This document shows, piece after piece, positions 1 to 11,954 of a stretch of 64,000 nucleotides of DNA; position 1 is the first letter of the stretch; each line of letters starts with the position of its first letter. The DNA comes from a virus, in IMG/VR virus record IMGVR_UViG_3300045988_140174, positions 34,574 through 98,573 of that record, one strand, 5' to 3'. Under the pieces are notes generated by a model, which had not been told where the DNA came from, searched no databases, and saw nothing but the letters and a program-made list of their open reading frames with translations. The translations under genes and the position numbers were made by a program.

Positions 1-980
1 TCTTTATCTGTTTCTTCTACCCACCCAGAAGTTTTTAATTTTGTATATAAACGATGTATTAAAGCTGGTTTATCCTTTAATATAATATCATTTTTTAAAG
101 CTATAATTAAATTTGTTAATTCTGTTGTTTTTAATTTTCCGCCAATTCGTCTTCTTTGCTTAGAAGAATTCTTTAAAATCTAACCAGTCTTTAACTAAAT
201 ATTAAATAATTGTCCCTAATATTTTATAATAATATCACCACCAGTAATCCATGATATATGATTTAATGAATCAGCTAATAGTTTAAAAATATTATCTTTT
301 TCTTCATTCCATACTGACTAAGCAAATAAATTCTATTGTTCTGCTGGTATACTTCCTGCTAAAATCTATACATGTAAATGGGCCATATGATTCATAAAAG
401 CATCAGCTGCATTGCCTTGCCACACAGGATTGTTACCATAAATAATATTTTTATAAGTCCAATTGTGGGTATTCCATCTAGCTTCAGAAGCATTATGTTT
501 TATATCATGATATTTACTTTTAAAAATATCTCGAATTAATTCAATATCTGAAATGGTTTTTGTGGAAATATCAGTTATAAATTCTGATAAATGTTCATTA
601 ATTTGTTCTTGTATTGATTCTTGATAAGTTACTTTCATTAAATTTGAAATATGAGTTAATTTTCCTCTATCATTTAAAATATCATATTCTTTAGTAGCGT
701 GTTTAAATTGGTAATCTTTATTTTCACTATTAATATTTTCAATAAACAATAAAGATACAGCATAATCTTTATTCTATAAAATATTGCGCTATAAACTTTC
801 CCATTCTTTATAAGCCTCTTTTATCTACCCTCTTTTAATAAATTTCAATATAGAATTAAGTCTTAAATTTAAATTATGTAACAATCTTTCATCTAAAATT
901 GGGTCTATAAAATCTTTAAATTCCGTTTCAGATAAAATATCATTATTTGCTAAAATACCTTCTTTTAAAACTAAAGCCAT
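1..980 (-). CDS. hypothetical virion/late protein, 3' end outside window; contains many in-frame TAG
   Basis: RBS (aggagag) + ATG near 980 on minus strand; reading frame runs through track ORF 366..749 and to position 1 only if TAG is sense. Confidence 0.45.
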
Positions 981-992
981 TTTATCTCTCCT

Positions 993-1032
993 AAAATAAA
1001 AAAAATGGGAAGAGGAATAAATCCTCTCCCCA
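993..1032 (-). terminator. rho-independent terminator after 1050..2126
   Basis: hairpin GGGAAGAGGA-ATAA-TCCTCTCCCC followed (minus strand) by T-run. Confidence 0.7.
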
Positions 1033-1049
1033 TAAAATTTTTAATTAAA

Positions 1050-2126
1050 TTACCAATTATAACTATCGTGAGATTTCTGGTGAACTGTACTATGACGATG
1101 TAAATCATCATTATCCAGATACTCAATTACTTGGATTGCAGCTAGAACTTTCTTACTATGATCGAAACGAGTATAATCAGGGAATGCATCTAAGGTGAAA
1201 GTAAATGTACTTGGGTCACCAGAAGAAGCCATAGTAAAGGTGAAGTTAGACTGAATCTTGCAGTTAGGAATAATGAACTCAGCAGGCATGTCTACACCAT
1301 TAGTATCACGGAATAGAGTAGAAGCTTCAAGATAATAGTTACCACCAAACTTATCAGCAGTAATTTCCATCTGAGTAGCGCCAGACTTACGCTCTGTGTA
1401 GTAATCAACTAATACAGAATCGAACTTTAAACGATCTGGTAGAGTAACTACATCATAAGCAGTATCGCCGCTTTCACTTTCATATTTATGTCCTTTATTC
1501 TGCTCATCCTCATAGGAAGCTAAACCAATATACATTTTATGATCCATAACAGCTACACGATAATAAGTTTTACCATCTACATCAGTTACAGTCTCAGGCA
1601 TAGCCTCACTATCAATAGCAGTATCATCACCTTCATGAACAGGAATGTAAGGTTCAGTAGTGATTTCACCATTCTTCATAAACATTACATAAGCGAAGTT
1701 ATCACCAGCATTAGCAGGTAAATAAGGTTTATTTTCAGTATAAACAGCAAATTTAAATCCAGTAGCATCAAATTTGAAACGTAAAGAATCGCTTGCATCA
1801 ACAGTCTCAGTTACATGTTGATAAATTGGCTTATCCTTATTAGCAGCAATTAAACCGGCACCAGAAAGAATCATAAATCCTTCAGGAGAAATTAAAGCAT
1901 CCTCCATAGTAAAGGTTAAAGTTCTTTCACCTTCCCATGCTACTAAACGAGAGTTACCACGACCACCTTGTGCATATACAGTGGTAGCAGCGCCTTCTAA
2001 GCTAGAAGTTTTTAGGGTGTCAAAATAAATAACAGGTTCACCAGCATAGAATACCTTATTACCGATTTTCTGTGCTGACTTAGCCTTTAGTACAACATCA
2101 CAAATTTCGCGGACACCGAATTTCAT
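1050..2126 (-). CDS. major structural protein (capsid or major tail candidate), 358 aa
   Basis: complete ORF in standard code, strong RBS AAGGAGGAAATAAC, own terminator; sits in structural module. Confidence 0.6.
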   Translation of the reverse strand: MKFGVREICDVVLKAKSAQKIGNKVFYAGEPVIYFDTLKTSSLEGAATTVYAQGGRGNSRLVAWEGERTLTFTMEDALISPEGFMILSGAGLIAANKDKPIYQHVTETVDASDSLRFKFDATGFKFAVYTENKPYLPANAGDNFAYVMFMKNGEITTEPYIPVHEGDDTAIDSEAMPETVTDVDGKTYYRVAVMDHKMYIGLASYEDEQNKGHKYESESGDTAYDVVTLPDRLKFDSVLVDYYTERKSGATQMEITADKFGGNYYLEASTLFRDTNGVDMPAEFIIPNCKIQSNFTFTMASSGDPSTFTFTLDAFPDYTRFDHSKKVLAAIQVIEYLDNDDLHRHSTVHQKSHDSYNW

Positions 2127-2153
2127 AGTGTTATTTCCTCCTTGTATTTTTAA

Positions 2154-2678
2154 TTAATGAATGTTTTTCATCCAATTATCCGGGGTCCCTTCAGGTTTAC
2201 CGCCAGCTAAACGCTAGCGCACATCCAGGTCCCAAGCAGTATATAGCGTATATCTCTCCATTAAATCATATAATTGGAACATTGTCAGATTTGTCAAATC
2301 CTATAATGACATTGAACCTAATCCAATAGTCAAGATTGACATATACTAACTAAAAACACTTACATTCGAATTACCGTTTTGCGCGGCAACTCGCTGTCTC
2401 CCTCGCATTAGCTTTTGAGCAATCTCACGAGCCTTGTCGTTGGCAGGATTGAAAGCCTACTAATCCATCGGGCCATTGTGCATACAAAAGATTAAACGCA
2501 ACACTTCTTGTAATGCTTCAAAATTATTCCCATCTACAGTAATAGGAGGAACACCTTCCTTTATAAATAATAATGAGTTTGGTGTCACATTTATTTTATA
2601 TGATGGAAATAATAAATTTAAAACATTTAAAATGTTAGCTTTTTTATCCTTTGTTTCATCCTATAACATTATCGTCAT
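2154..2678 (-). CDS. hypothetical protein, 174 aa with 7 in-frame TAG (one TAG-TAG doublet)
   Basis: ATG 2678 to TAA 2154 is open only if TAG is sense; fills the gap between flanking genes. Confidence 0.5.
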
Positions 2679-2881
2679 AAATATCTAAAAATTATTGATA
2701 CTGTCTAGAATAGTTTTGTCCTCTATAAACATTGTTTTATGTAAACAGAGGGTCTATGCTCCAATAAAAAAATCAGATTCCCCAATAAATGAAATTTCTT
2801 TTATCCTTGGTTGATGAGCGACTAAATTACATTCAGGAATCAACATATCAGTTCCACAAATTAAATTTAAGCGGTAATCCA

Positions 2882-3484
2882 TTATTTACTAATGTAATCC
2901 TTGAATTCTTTAATAAATTGTTCCTCTTTAATTTTGCCGCTATTTTTATCAGGATAAGTTGGCATATATTTTTCATCTTCACCGCCATGAACAGTGCGAT
3001 ACATCAAACATAACCCAGCAAATTCATCAGTCAAAACAATCTAAGTAGCCCCCACAAATTCTAAATAACCAATACCAGTTAATTTTTTCAAATTGAACAT
3101 TGAATCAATCTCTCCAGCAATTTTATATGGGCGCAATGCATAATCTCTTAAATTCCATTGATCAAAATGACATACAATATCAAATTGAATAGTATTATCT
3201 CTAAACTCTGGATTTTCACTGGGAATAAAATTATCGAAATTAATTAATATATAATTTAAAACAGAACCATCAACATATAATTTAGGTACTATTTTAATAT
3301 TAGTTCCTAGTAAACTTAAAGACTAATCTTCAGTAAGATTAGGTTTTTCCATAGCATCACTAGTAGTATAATATAATAATTTTTTTAAACGATTATTTTT
3401 TAATATTTCATTAACAATAATCCCAGTATCTTTTTCCATAGATAGAAAACTTGATTTTGGAATATGATATCCGTCTATTCTCAT
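2882..3484 (-). CDS. hypothetical protein, 200 aa with 2 in-frame TAG
   Basis: RBS AAAGGAGATTGG + ATG 3484; ends TAA 2882; hand translation. Confidence 0.55.
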
Positions 3485-3506
3485 GTTTCCAATCTCCTTT
3501 TACTCA

Positions 3507-4661
3507 TTAGAACAATGATTCTACTACTATAGTTTTTCGACTAGTTCCATATACTAAATCAAACTAGCCACTATAAGTAGAGTCCCACTTAAGTTTAATT
3601 GTTGAAAATCCTTTATCATTAATTCCTTCACTAATAATTCGGACAGGGACATCATTACCTTCAATTTTCCAAGTTCCTCGAACATTTTTAATATTTAAAT
3701 TAAAATCATATTCTTTCTTAGGTTTAATAAAGGTTTCACCAACTATATTTAAAATTTTATTATTATCTTTATTATCGTCTATAATTTTACGTTTTAATAT
3801 TGGATCTGGTATTTTAAATACATCAGCTAATCCTGCGTCTCGATCATCTGTAAATTCATTAGCATAATATTCAACAGCATTCACTTCAATAACGCCAGTC
3901 ATACTAATATTATTTACAGCTTCAACTCTCCAACAGGTATCATAAACTGAACCATCTTCCGGCCAAATATAAAACTTCTAATAACGTTTAAAAAATTTTA
4001 AAGTTTTTTCATTTTTAGGGATTAATAAATTTAAAGAATAATTTGGATTGTCTACACTAGTAGTATGTTTTTGAATATAATCAATTTTAGTTTCTACTGG
4101 ACCTCGATTAGCCACATAAACTACATTTAATTCATCATCCATCATAAATGGAATTTGATAAGTACATCTACGAACGTCCCCACGGAAATAAGCTAATTCA
4201 TCTAAATCCTATAAATAAATTAACCAATAAGTTCCAGTATTACACCATTCAAATACATCTCCACAATTAAATTTATGTTCAAATCCAATTGAAATAACTT
4301 TATCATCATAATCCTATTTTAATTTATTAGGATTCATTAATGCTCGAACAGGAGGTAAAATATTTTTTTCTTTTTTAGTTTCTACCTCTGTGGCCGCACA
4401 TTTACGCACCCAAGCCGCCTAATAAGAATATTTAGTAGCTTGGTCTAACGAATGTCGTTTATCTTTGATCATTCGCTACTGTTGGGCAAAACCACCCGCA
4501 CTCATTAATCTTTTAGCCATATCTAAACTACCATCAACTGAATCTGGCTAAGGAATTTTTATACTTGTATCACCTAAACGAGCCCCTACAAGATTTACAC
4601 TTTTATTAGTATTTAAACCATAAGGCAATAATTTTTCCATCTTTTCTGGACGTTTTGGCAT
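3507..4661 (-). CDS. hypothetical virion protein, 384 aa with about 7 in-frame TAG
   Basis: RBS AGGAGATTAAAAAAGTA-ATG at 4661; includes track ORF 3564..3902 in frame (253 codons upstream of its Met). Confidence 0.55.
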
Positions 4662-4949
4662 TACTTTTTAATCTCCTATAATAAACTAATACATTCAAAT
4701 ACAGTTTTTCTATAAATTGAGAACTCAATATCATTTAAAACATTTAGCCCTTCTAATTTACTAAGCAACTATAAAAATCGCGGGTCCTAAATAAAAATTT
4801 CATTTAAGCCCGCAATTTCAATAATAACTGTATTTAATTGTTTATCCCAATCTTCTTCATTTTCTCTCATAGGGATTAATTTCCACAGTTGATTAGTTAA
4901 TCTTACTATATTTTTCTCCATGACTTCATCAGAAATATCTGTATGATAT

Positions 4950-5537
4950 TTAGTTATCATAAGGATAATTCTTATAATGAAATACGCCCCAATTGGATTC
5001 GTATTTCCCTTCTACTAATTTACGACGTTTATATAAACGTTGCATATGGAATGATTGTCTCTAACATTCATTTAATAAAGACATCAATTTTTGTAAATGA
5101 TTAGCCTATGAAGTCATTTTAAAATCTGAACCACTATATTTCATACGAGTGTGTTCAATAGAAGTGACTTGGCGTTGTACCCAGTTCACCATCATCAATA
5201 TAGCTAAAATATTAATTTCCTCCGGTGTTAATTCAACTCCAAAAGATGAATGCTCTACCATTACACGAGGAGGGCGGATTTCTGATTCTTCATCTGTTTC
5301 ATCTTCCCACAAAAGACCAATTACAAAATCATCTTCTAATATTTCATCTTCATATTTAATTTCCTAATCAATAGTATAATCATAAATATCAAATCTAGGA
5401 AATTCAAATTCCGGCAAAATATTTAAAAGTATCGCACGCAAATCTTTAATTGTGTCTTCTGGAGTTAATTCAATATAAAGATCATCAGTAATTTTCCCAA
5501 GGAAGCGATTATAAATATCAGTGAATTTAGTTCCCAT
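4950..5537 (-). CDS. hypothetical protein, 195 aa with 3 in-frame TAG
   Basis: RBS AGGAGGCGTATC-ATG at 5537; contains track ORF 5106..5312 in frame; ends TAA 4950. Confidence 0.55.
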
Positions 5538-5558
5538 GATACGCCTCCTATTTATTTA

Positions 5559-6146
5559 TTATTCAGCAGATTTAGTTTCAGTTTGCTTTACTACTTTGTA
5601 AGCATTCCCAGATGTACGACGTCCTGCGGGAGCAGATTCTGTAACACGTCTTTCAGCTGGCTTATCTGCGATAGTTTCCTTTTTATCATCTTCTTTACTA
5701 GCGCGGTCATTTTCAATAGCCTTATCTACGTCAAAACCAGTTTTAGCTTTTAGAGCTTCACGCTTAGCCATATCAGTAATAGGTAATTGAACAGACATAG
5801 TTTTAATCAAATCAATAACTCCAATAGGAGCAAAATCAAGAGCATCTAAAAATGCATCAATAGAACCACTAAGAATTAAATCACGCACTTGCTCTTCTGA
5901 CATATTATATTCAGGCTCACGATGGACATTTAAATCATCAGTAACTTCATTTTCCATAATTTGTAAAAAATTAGCAATTAACTCACGACCGCCAGGTTGA
6001 TAAGTTAATTTTTCTAATTCACTAAATGGAATACGCTTTACTTCACCGGGTGCCCACTCACGTCTCAGATTACTCTCAGGAATTCTATATACAACAACAC
6101 TAGTACTTCTATTTTTTACATTAAACATATCTTCAGAATGAATCAT
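5559..6146 (-). CDS. hypothetical structural-module protein, 195 aa
   Basis: complete standard-code ORF with RBS. Confidence 0.7.
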   Translation of the reverse strand: MIHSEDMFNVKNRSTSVVVYRIPESNLRREWAPGEVKRIPFSELEKLTYQPGGRELIANFLQIMENEVTDDLNVHREPEYNMSEEQVRDLILSGSIDAFLDALDFAPIGVIDLIKTMSVQLPITDMAKREALKAKTGFDVDKAIENDRASKEDDKKETIADKPAERRVTESAPAGRRTSGNAYKVVKQTETKSAE

Positions 6147-6171
6147 TTTATTATCTCCTTTTTCTCTAAAA

Positions 6172-6212
6172 AAAATAAGGGGAGAGGGAGTAAATCCCTT
6201 CTCCCCTTAAAC
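6172..6212 (-). terminator. rho-independent terminator after 6235..7341
   Basis: hairpin AAGGGGAGAGGGAG-TAAA-TCCCTTCTCCCCTT plus T-run on minus strand. Confidence 0.7.
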
Positions 6213-6234
6213 AATAGTTATATTAAGGTTTTAA

Positions 6235-7341
6235 TCAAATAGTACCACTCTTACGGCCATCATAGGTAACAACCTTACCAGTAATGCCATCATAATTCCA
6301 AGTATACATTTGACCCATTAAGGAAGTGTCAACATAAGAGCAAATGTTGTTAGCCAACATACAACCAACGCCGACCTTCTTATAAACCTGAATCTCACGA
6401 GAACGATCGTAATTGCTGAATTCATCAACAATAGTTCCACCCTCGAAAGCAATCTTTACAGGCTTGCCATCAACACCAGTAGGAATAATCCAAGCGTAGC
6501 CAGGATCAATAACCTTACGAGTATTACTTTCATCTTCGAAGCCCTGCTCTAAAATAACAACCTTGGTTCCCTTATAGGTAGCCAAACGGCCAGTATTCCA
6601 CAGCTCAGTCTTCATAGCTTCAGTATAACGCCAAGCTTCATTAGGAATCATACGAACAGCAAATTCATAAGTACAATAAATAGTAGGAGTACCATAAGCA
6701 GAAGCAATAGTAATCAAACGATCCATAGCACCCTCATCAAAACCTGCTGCAGCAACGCGGTTAGCAGGAGGTAGCTGATTGATAGAAGACTTCAAAGCCA
6801 AAGCAACTTCCTTATAAATCAGTTCATCCATACCATCCATAATAATCTTGGTAACTTCAGCAAAATCAACACGACCATCTAAGAACTCTTCGAAGCCGAT
6901 TTGAGCAGCTCCACCGATAGCAGAGGTACGAACCTCAAAGCTCTCGTTCTCAGCAGGTCCCAGCTTGAAGACTTCATAGATACCAGCCAGTCCAACACGA
7001 GTCACAAACTGCTTAGCACGTGCGCGTGTGTTTAGAGGACGACGGAAAATGGGCTTATCACCCTGAGCAAACTGCTTAACTTCAGCAAACTGCTCATAAG
7101 ACTGAGAAACCTTCTTAGGAAGAACTTCATCCAAAGTCTCCTCAATCATTGAGAAAATTAGATTTTTATTTTCACGATATAGAGCATTGGTACCAGCCAG
7201 CTCATTCATCTCATTACGTAAAGTATCGTTCAGAGCCTCATAAGAAAGGTTCTGACCATTATAACTGTAAGCCACAGGAGAAGAAGGATCAGCCTTAGCA
7301 ACAGTCTTCATTAAAGCAACTAAATTGTTTCTATCTAACAT
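6235..7341 (-). CDS. putative major capsid protein, 368 aa
   Basis: size and position downstream of scaffold-like gene, strong RBS, followed by terminator; no recognisable motif. Confidence 0.5.
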   Translation of the reverse strand: MLDRNNLVALMKTVAKADPSSPVAYSYNGQNLSYEALNDTLRNEMNELAGTNALYRENKNLIFSMIEETLDEVLPKKVSQSYEQFAEVKQFAQGDKPIFRRPLNTRARAKQFVTRVGLAGIYEVFKLGPAENESFEVRTSAIGGAAQIGFEEFLDGRVDFAEVTKIIMDGMDELIYKEVALALKSSINQLPPANRVAAAGFDEGAMDRLITIASAYGTPTIYCTYEFAVRMIPNEAWRYTEAMKTELWNTGRLATYKGTKVVILEQGFEDESNTRKVIDPGYAWIIPTGVDGKPVKIAFEGGTIVDEFSNYDRSREIQVYKKVGVGCMLANNICSYVDTSLMGQMYTWNYDGITGKVVTYDGRKSGTI

Positions 7342-7358
7342 TATTCTTCTCTCCTTTC

Positions 7359-8294
7359 TTACGCAATACGTAGAATTTTAGCGCCACGTTGTCCATCAGG
7401 CATAGTATATACCTTAACAACCTGCCACTTCATATCCTGACTCTCATCTTTTACAAGAATTCCGTCAGCAGCTGCTGGAGCTAAAATATCACCAACAGAA
7501 ACACTATCTTCATTAATCATATTAGTAGTATAATGATCGCCAACATTAGTCTTGAAGACACGAGGAACCATTGCAGTACCTGGAGTCATGCGCTTCTCAT
7601 GATAAACACCAAGCTTCTTATATGGATCATTAGTCCAAGTCAGCTCTTCGTAAATGTCAGCGACATCAGTTAGAACCTTATCATAAGCATACTTTACAGG
7701 CACAGGAGTCTTAGTCTGATTGGTCTTAGGATCAATCTCATACTCTACACCATTATAAGTAAACTTATTGTCCTTAACATCATAAACTTCGCCAGCGATG
7801 GTAACAGTCTTTAGACCCTGGTCTAAAGCAACAGTGTGCTCAAGCACCTTGTGATCAGCACCAGTTTCATCAACACCATTCCAGAAACGTCCACCATATT
7901 CAACCTCGGTATGCTCCCAATCATATGGAGAATAAATACGAGCCTGATAGTCGTCCTTTAGCATAGCAAATTCGCAATCCCACTGCTTAGTTCCATCAGG
8001 ATGATCGCGATATAACTTAATCTCATTATAAACTAGCATCCACTCGCCCTTGCCAGTAAAATTCACTTCACCAATACCATTGGCATTAGCAGCGTAATCA
8101 TACTTGACAAACTGGCCGTTTTCAAGAATATTAATATTCTTGTTAGCAGGCAACTGAGCATAAATTTGAGCGGTTCTTTGTGCAGACAGGTGATTTGGCT
8201 CAACCTGACCATAACCAAACTCAACATACTTAGCCTGTGACTTAGGTGGATTTTTACCAACGCCTAAACGAGAATTTAAAAAATCCTTAAACAT
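7359..8294 (-). CDS. hypothetical head-module protein, 311 aa
   Basis: complete ORF between scaffold-like gene and capsid candidate. Confidence 0.65.
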   Translation of the reverse strand: MFKDFLNSRLGVGKNPPKSQAKYVEFGYGQVEPNHLSAQRTAQIYAQLPANKNINILENGQFVKYDYAANANGIGEVNFTGKGEWMLVYNEIKLYRDHPDGTKQWDCEFAMLKDDYQARIYSPYDWEHTEVEYGGRFWNGVDETGADHKVLEHTVALDQGLKTVTIAGEVYDVKDNKFTYNGVEYEIDPKTNQTKTPVPVKYAYDKVLTDVADIYEELTWTNDPYKKLGVYHEKRMTPGTAMVPRVFKTNVGDHYTTNMINEDSVSVGDILAPAAADGILVKDESQDMKWQVVKVYTMPDGQRGAKILRIA

Positions 8295-8312
8295 TTAAGT
8301 ATGTCCTCCTTA

Positions 8313-9902
8313 TTAGTTTTTATTGGCTGATTCTAGAACAGCCTTGACCCAAGCTGGCATTCCAGCATCTCTGTCATCATCTAAATTGCTTAAATTATAG
8401 GTAGTTGGGCCTTTATCATTATTATCATCATCAAGGTTAAAATTAACCTTGTTGCGAACACAAATAACAGAAAGTTTTGCTTCAATATCATCAACAGAAT
8501 ACTTATCAATGTTATCAATAACATCTTTCTTATCATCATCAGACAGCATATAGAATGATTGAATCATAGCTTCTTTATCCTTGCGTTCAATACTATTTTT
8601 AAACTCAGTTAAAGAAGTATTAGTTTCACTTAGAGTTTTATTTTCAGCCTCTAATAAACTAAATTTATTTTGTAATTCTTCATATTCTGCCTTTAAGCTA
8701 ACATATTCTTCAATTTCATCCAAGGAATACTTTTTCTTTTTCTTTTTATCCTCATCATCTTCTGAAGGATCGTCATCTTCATTTTCTGACTTTTGACCAT
8801 TATTTTTAGAAGAACCATCATCTTTTTTGTTCTCAGGGTCGCCAGAATTATTGCCCTTATCATCGTTTGCCTTTTTATTTTCTTCTTCTTCTTGCTTTTT
8901 CTTAAATTCGGCTTCATAAGCTTCAACCGCATCTAAAGCAAACTGAGGCTCTGCTACTGGAGTATAAGATTTAGTTACTTCAATTAAACCTTCACCAGGA
9001 ACAAGACCATCAGAATCACTCAAAGAAAAGTTTAAACGATAATATTTCATATCTCCGCGGTCTTGAAGAATAGCAAATTTCTGACTATTATCTTCAAAAA
9101 CGCCATCAATACGATATTTAGAGCAATAATTGTTAGAGCCATCAGGGAAAGCCTTATTTACATATTCCCATAAAGCACTCCATAGAGAATCTCCGATTTC
9201 TACGGCATATCTATTAAACACTTTTGCTCCTCCTTCTTTTAATAATTCTTTTAGTTCATTCATCATTGAGTATAGTTCATTTTTAAAACTATCATCAAAT
9301 GAAAAAGAAAACTTTGTAATAGAGGAGCCTTCGAAGCAAGGTTCACACTCTTCTCCTAAAATACAAAGTTTAGAAATAATTGCTTCATTAATAATGAAAA
9401 ACTACGGCTTTCCATTATTATCTTTCGTCCAAGTTCCATCTAAAGTACCTTCATCGAGCTCCATAGAATGATTATTACCTTGCTCGATGATGCGCTTACA
9501 TTCTGGATATTGGCCGGTCCATAAATATCCTTCAGTCATAAGATATTCATGTTCATTAACGCCATCATCTAAAAATTTCTAAAACCAAACCTTGGCACCT
9601 AAATCTACAAAACCATAAGGTTTAGTAGTGTCTTTCATTTCAAACTTTCCGTTTGAAATATCAATAATTCTATTGTGTTCCTCAAAATCTCCATTAGATT
9701 CATTATAAAAACCAACAATAGGACTGCCAGGGAGACTATTAGCCATCTCCCTCGCAGTTTCTTTAGAAATAATGCTTCGATTGCGATTTGGCTCATCCCC
9801 AACGTAGCAAACTTTAATTTGGCATTTAGAAATCAAAGGATTAATAGGAGTTACATTAATAAATTCACAAGGCGTTTCAAGTTTAATACTTTGATGCTTC
9901 AT
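8313..9902 (-). CDS. scaffold-like protein with acidic K/E/D-rich coiled-coil C-terminus, about 529 aa, 2 in-frame TAG
   Basis: track ORFs 9579..9902 and 8313..9266 are in the same frame and joined by TAG read-through; C-terminal low-complexity KKKQEEEENKK.../DDDPSEDDEDKKKKKK. Confidence 0.5.
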
Positions 9903-9913
9903 GATTTACCTCC

Positions 9914-11575
9914 TTAATTCATTGACTCTTTATTTTTTATGGTTTTTTCACTTTTCTAATCATCAGCCTTTTCAGGTCGCCCAGACTATTTTGTTTCAGT
10001 AGTCTGTTTTGTAGTAGTCTATTGATTACTACTTCCTGAATTATTTTGTGTTTTATTCTAATTGTTTGAACCTTTATTACCCAAAACATCTTGACTACTC
10101 ATAGTAGAAGACATTAATGGTGGGATCATAATTTCAGTTAATTTCAACACATCATTTTCAAATACCGCAGTATTTAAAATAAAACTCTAAGAGTGACCAA
10201 GAGCAATTTGAGGTAGCATCTTAGAATAACCAAGTTGCGTTTGTTCTTTATATAATTTTGACATTTCTTTATAATTATATTGTGTAGTTTCAAGCATATA
10301 AAATTTAAAACTATATTTCTTATTATTCGCAACTTTCATCTTTACTATTCTATCAAAAAAAATGTTAAATTGCAACAACAAGTTTCTAACAGTTGATTCA
10401 TCATTAAGGATAGACTTCTCTAATGATAAATTACCATCAGTATTAAATAGATTTTGAGAAATACCTAAATTATTATAAACAGTACGCTCAACTTTTGCTA
10501 AATCATCTGTAGTAGTTGTAGTATTTTTATCTGATAAATCAATAGATTGAACATCAGTAAATGTTGTTAAAACATCAACACCAATAGCTCTTGATAACAT
10601 AGCAACAGCATTATTATGTATATCACGAGATTCATCAATATCAAATATTAAATCACCATTTTTATCCATGGGAAGTTTTTGAACAATAATTTTTAGCAAC
10701 TTCTACATTTGTTTTCTGCGGTCTAAATCTTGAGCAGCATCTAAATCCATAAGAGCAGGAATAGAATTAATAAATGGTGGAGTATCGCTACCATTAAAAT
10801 TAAATTTCACACTTAATTCTGGAGATAGTAAATACCAACTTCCACTATAATCTCCCTTAATATCAGGAAGTAATTTTCCTTTCTTATATAAAACATATCC
10901 GCGCTAAAATTCTTCGGGGAATAATTTTAATACGCGCATACGATAATTAGGATCTGGAAACTAATCAAAAAACCGCATATCAAACTCAATTGCTGGCATA
11001 CCAGCCACAAAGTATCTAGAACGGCAATAGCTAGCAGGCAATTCTTGTAGCATTAAACTATTTGCAGATTGCACTATATATCCATAATAGCAACCATTTT
11101 TCATAATACTTTGAGCAATATCACCGCAGATTTTTTTAATATAAGTATTATCTAAGTAATTTAATAACTTTGAAAAATCTTTTAAAACTTTTTCATCTTT
11201 TACCGTATCATCTAAAATTTCTGGAGCGACATACCAATCATATCTATACAAATAAGCAAAATAATTACATACTCGCTCATAAATGCCGCTAATATCATAA
11301 AATAAATTAGAAATTCTACGCATTTCAACAATATCACGATTTATCATAGCTCGTAATACATCATTTTTAGTGACCATGCGACATGGTCCACGACGATTAG
11401 GATATAGTCGAGCGAATGACCCTAAATCTAATACAGCATCATCTAATGTTTGAACCCCAACTTTTATCTTACGATATTCTGTTGGATCAGCAGTTCGATA
11501 ATCACTTGTTCCATTGCTGATATTAAATCCTTTGGAGTGGATGATTTCCTAACGTGATAATTCTTTAGTATCCAA
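9914..11575 (-). CDS. portal-protein candidate, about 553 aa, 3 in-frame TAG
   Basis: RBS AAGGAGGTGG + TTG start at 11575; includes track ORFs 10961..11377 and 10187..10699 in frame; located right after terminase; size typical of portal. Confidence 0.5.
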
Positions 11576-11587
11576 AATTCCACCTCC

Positions 11588-11944
11588 TTAATATCCAGCT
11601 AATTGCATTATATAATCATATGTAATAAGATTTTCATCTGTATAAGGAATCTCTATTAATTTAAAATCATGTAAAGCGCAAAAACGTCGTTTTTGATTAT
11701 CATTATATTGTTGTTGATATAAACCTTTTTTACCACCAAATTTCGCGCTAGGCTCATAGTGCTATTTACCCTAATATTCAATAATAAAATCAATTCTACC
11801 ATCATCATCAAAAACGACAAAATCGAAACGTAAGGGTCTACCACTTGGTGCCTTCAAATCTGGAAAAATATATTCCATCTTAAATGGTAATTCAGCTTGT
11901 CGCAAAATTTCTTCAATTTTAATTTCGCCTCTAGACGCTCTCAT
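11588..11944 (-). CDS. small PD-(D/E)xK-like endonuclease (homing-endonuclease-like), 118 aa, 2 in-frame TAG
   Basis: motif RFDFVVFDDDGRIDFIIEY*GK*HY...IEIPY, paralogous to the C-terminus of 40812..41741; lies between terminase and portal genes. Confidence 0.55.
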
Positions 11945-11954
11945 AATTACCTCC

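Noticed and set aside
1539-1721. Plus-strand ORFs inside the minus-strand late module (1539..1721, 8063..8260 on the wrong frame, 8581..8796, 8693..8932, 9130..9471, 9675..9917)
   Set aside because: They overlap longer minus-strand genes that have RBSs, terminators and (for TerL) conserved motifs. They are AT-rich low-complexity translations with no start-site signals.
11656-11844. Track ORF 11656..11844 (62 aa, MVDPYVSILSFLMMM...)
   Set aside because: It is in a different frame from the PD-(D/E)xK-like gene 11588..11944, which has an RBS, a conserved motif shared with 40812..41741 and ends adjacent to the portal RBS. The track ORF is a hydrophobic out-of-frame artefact.
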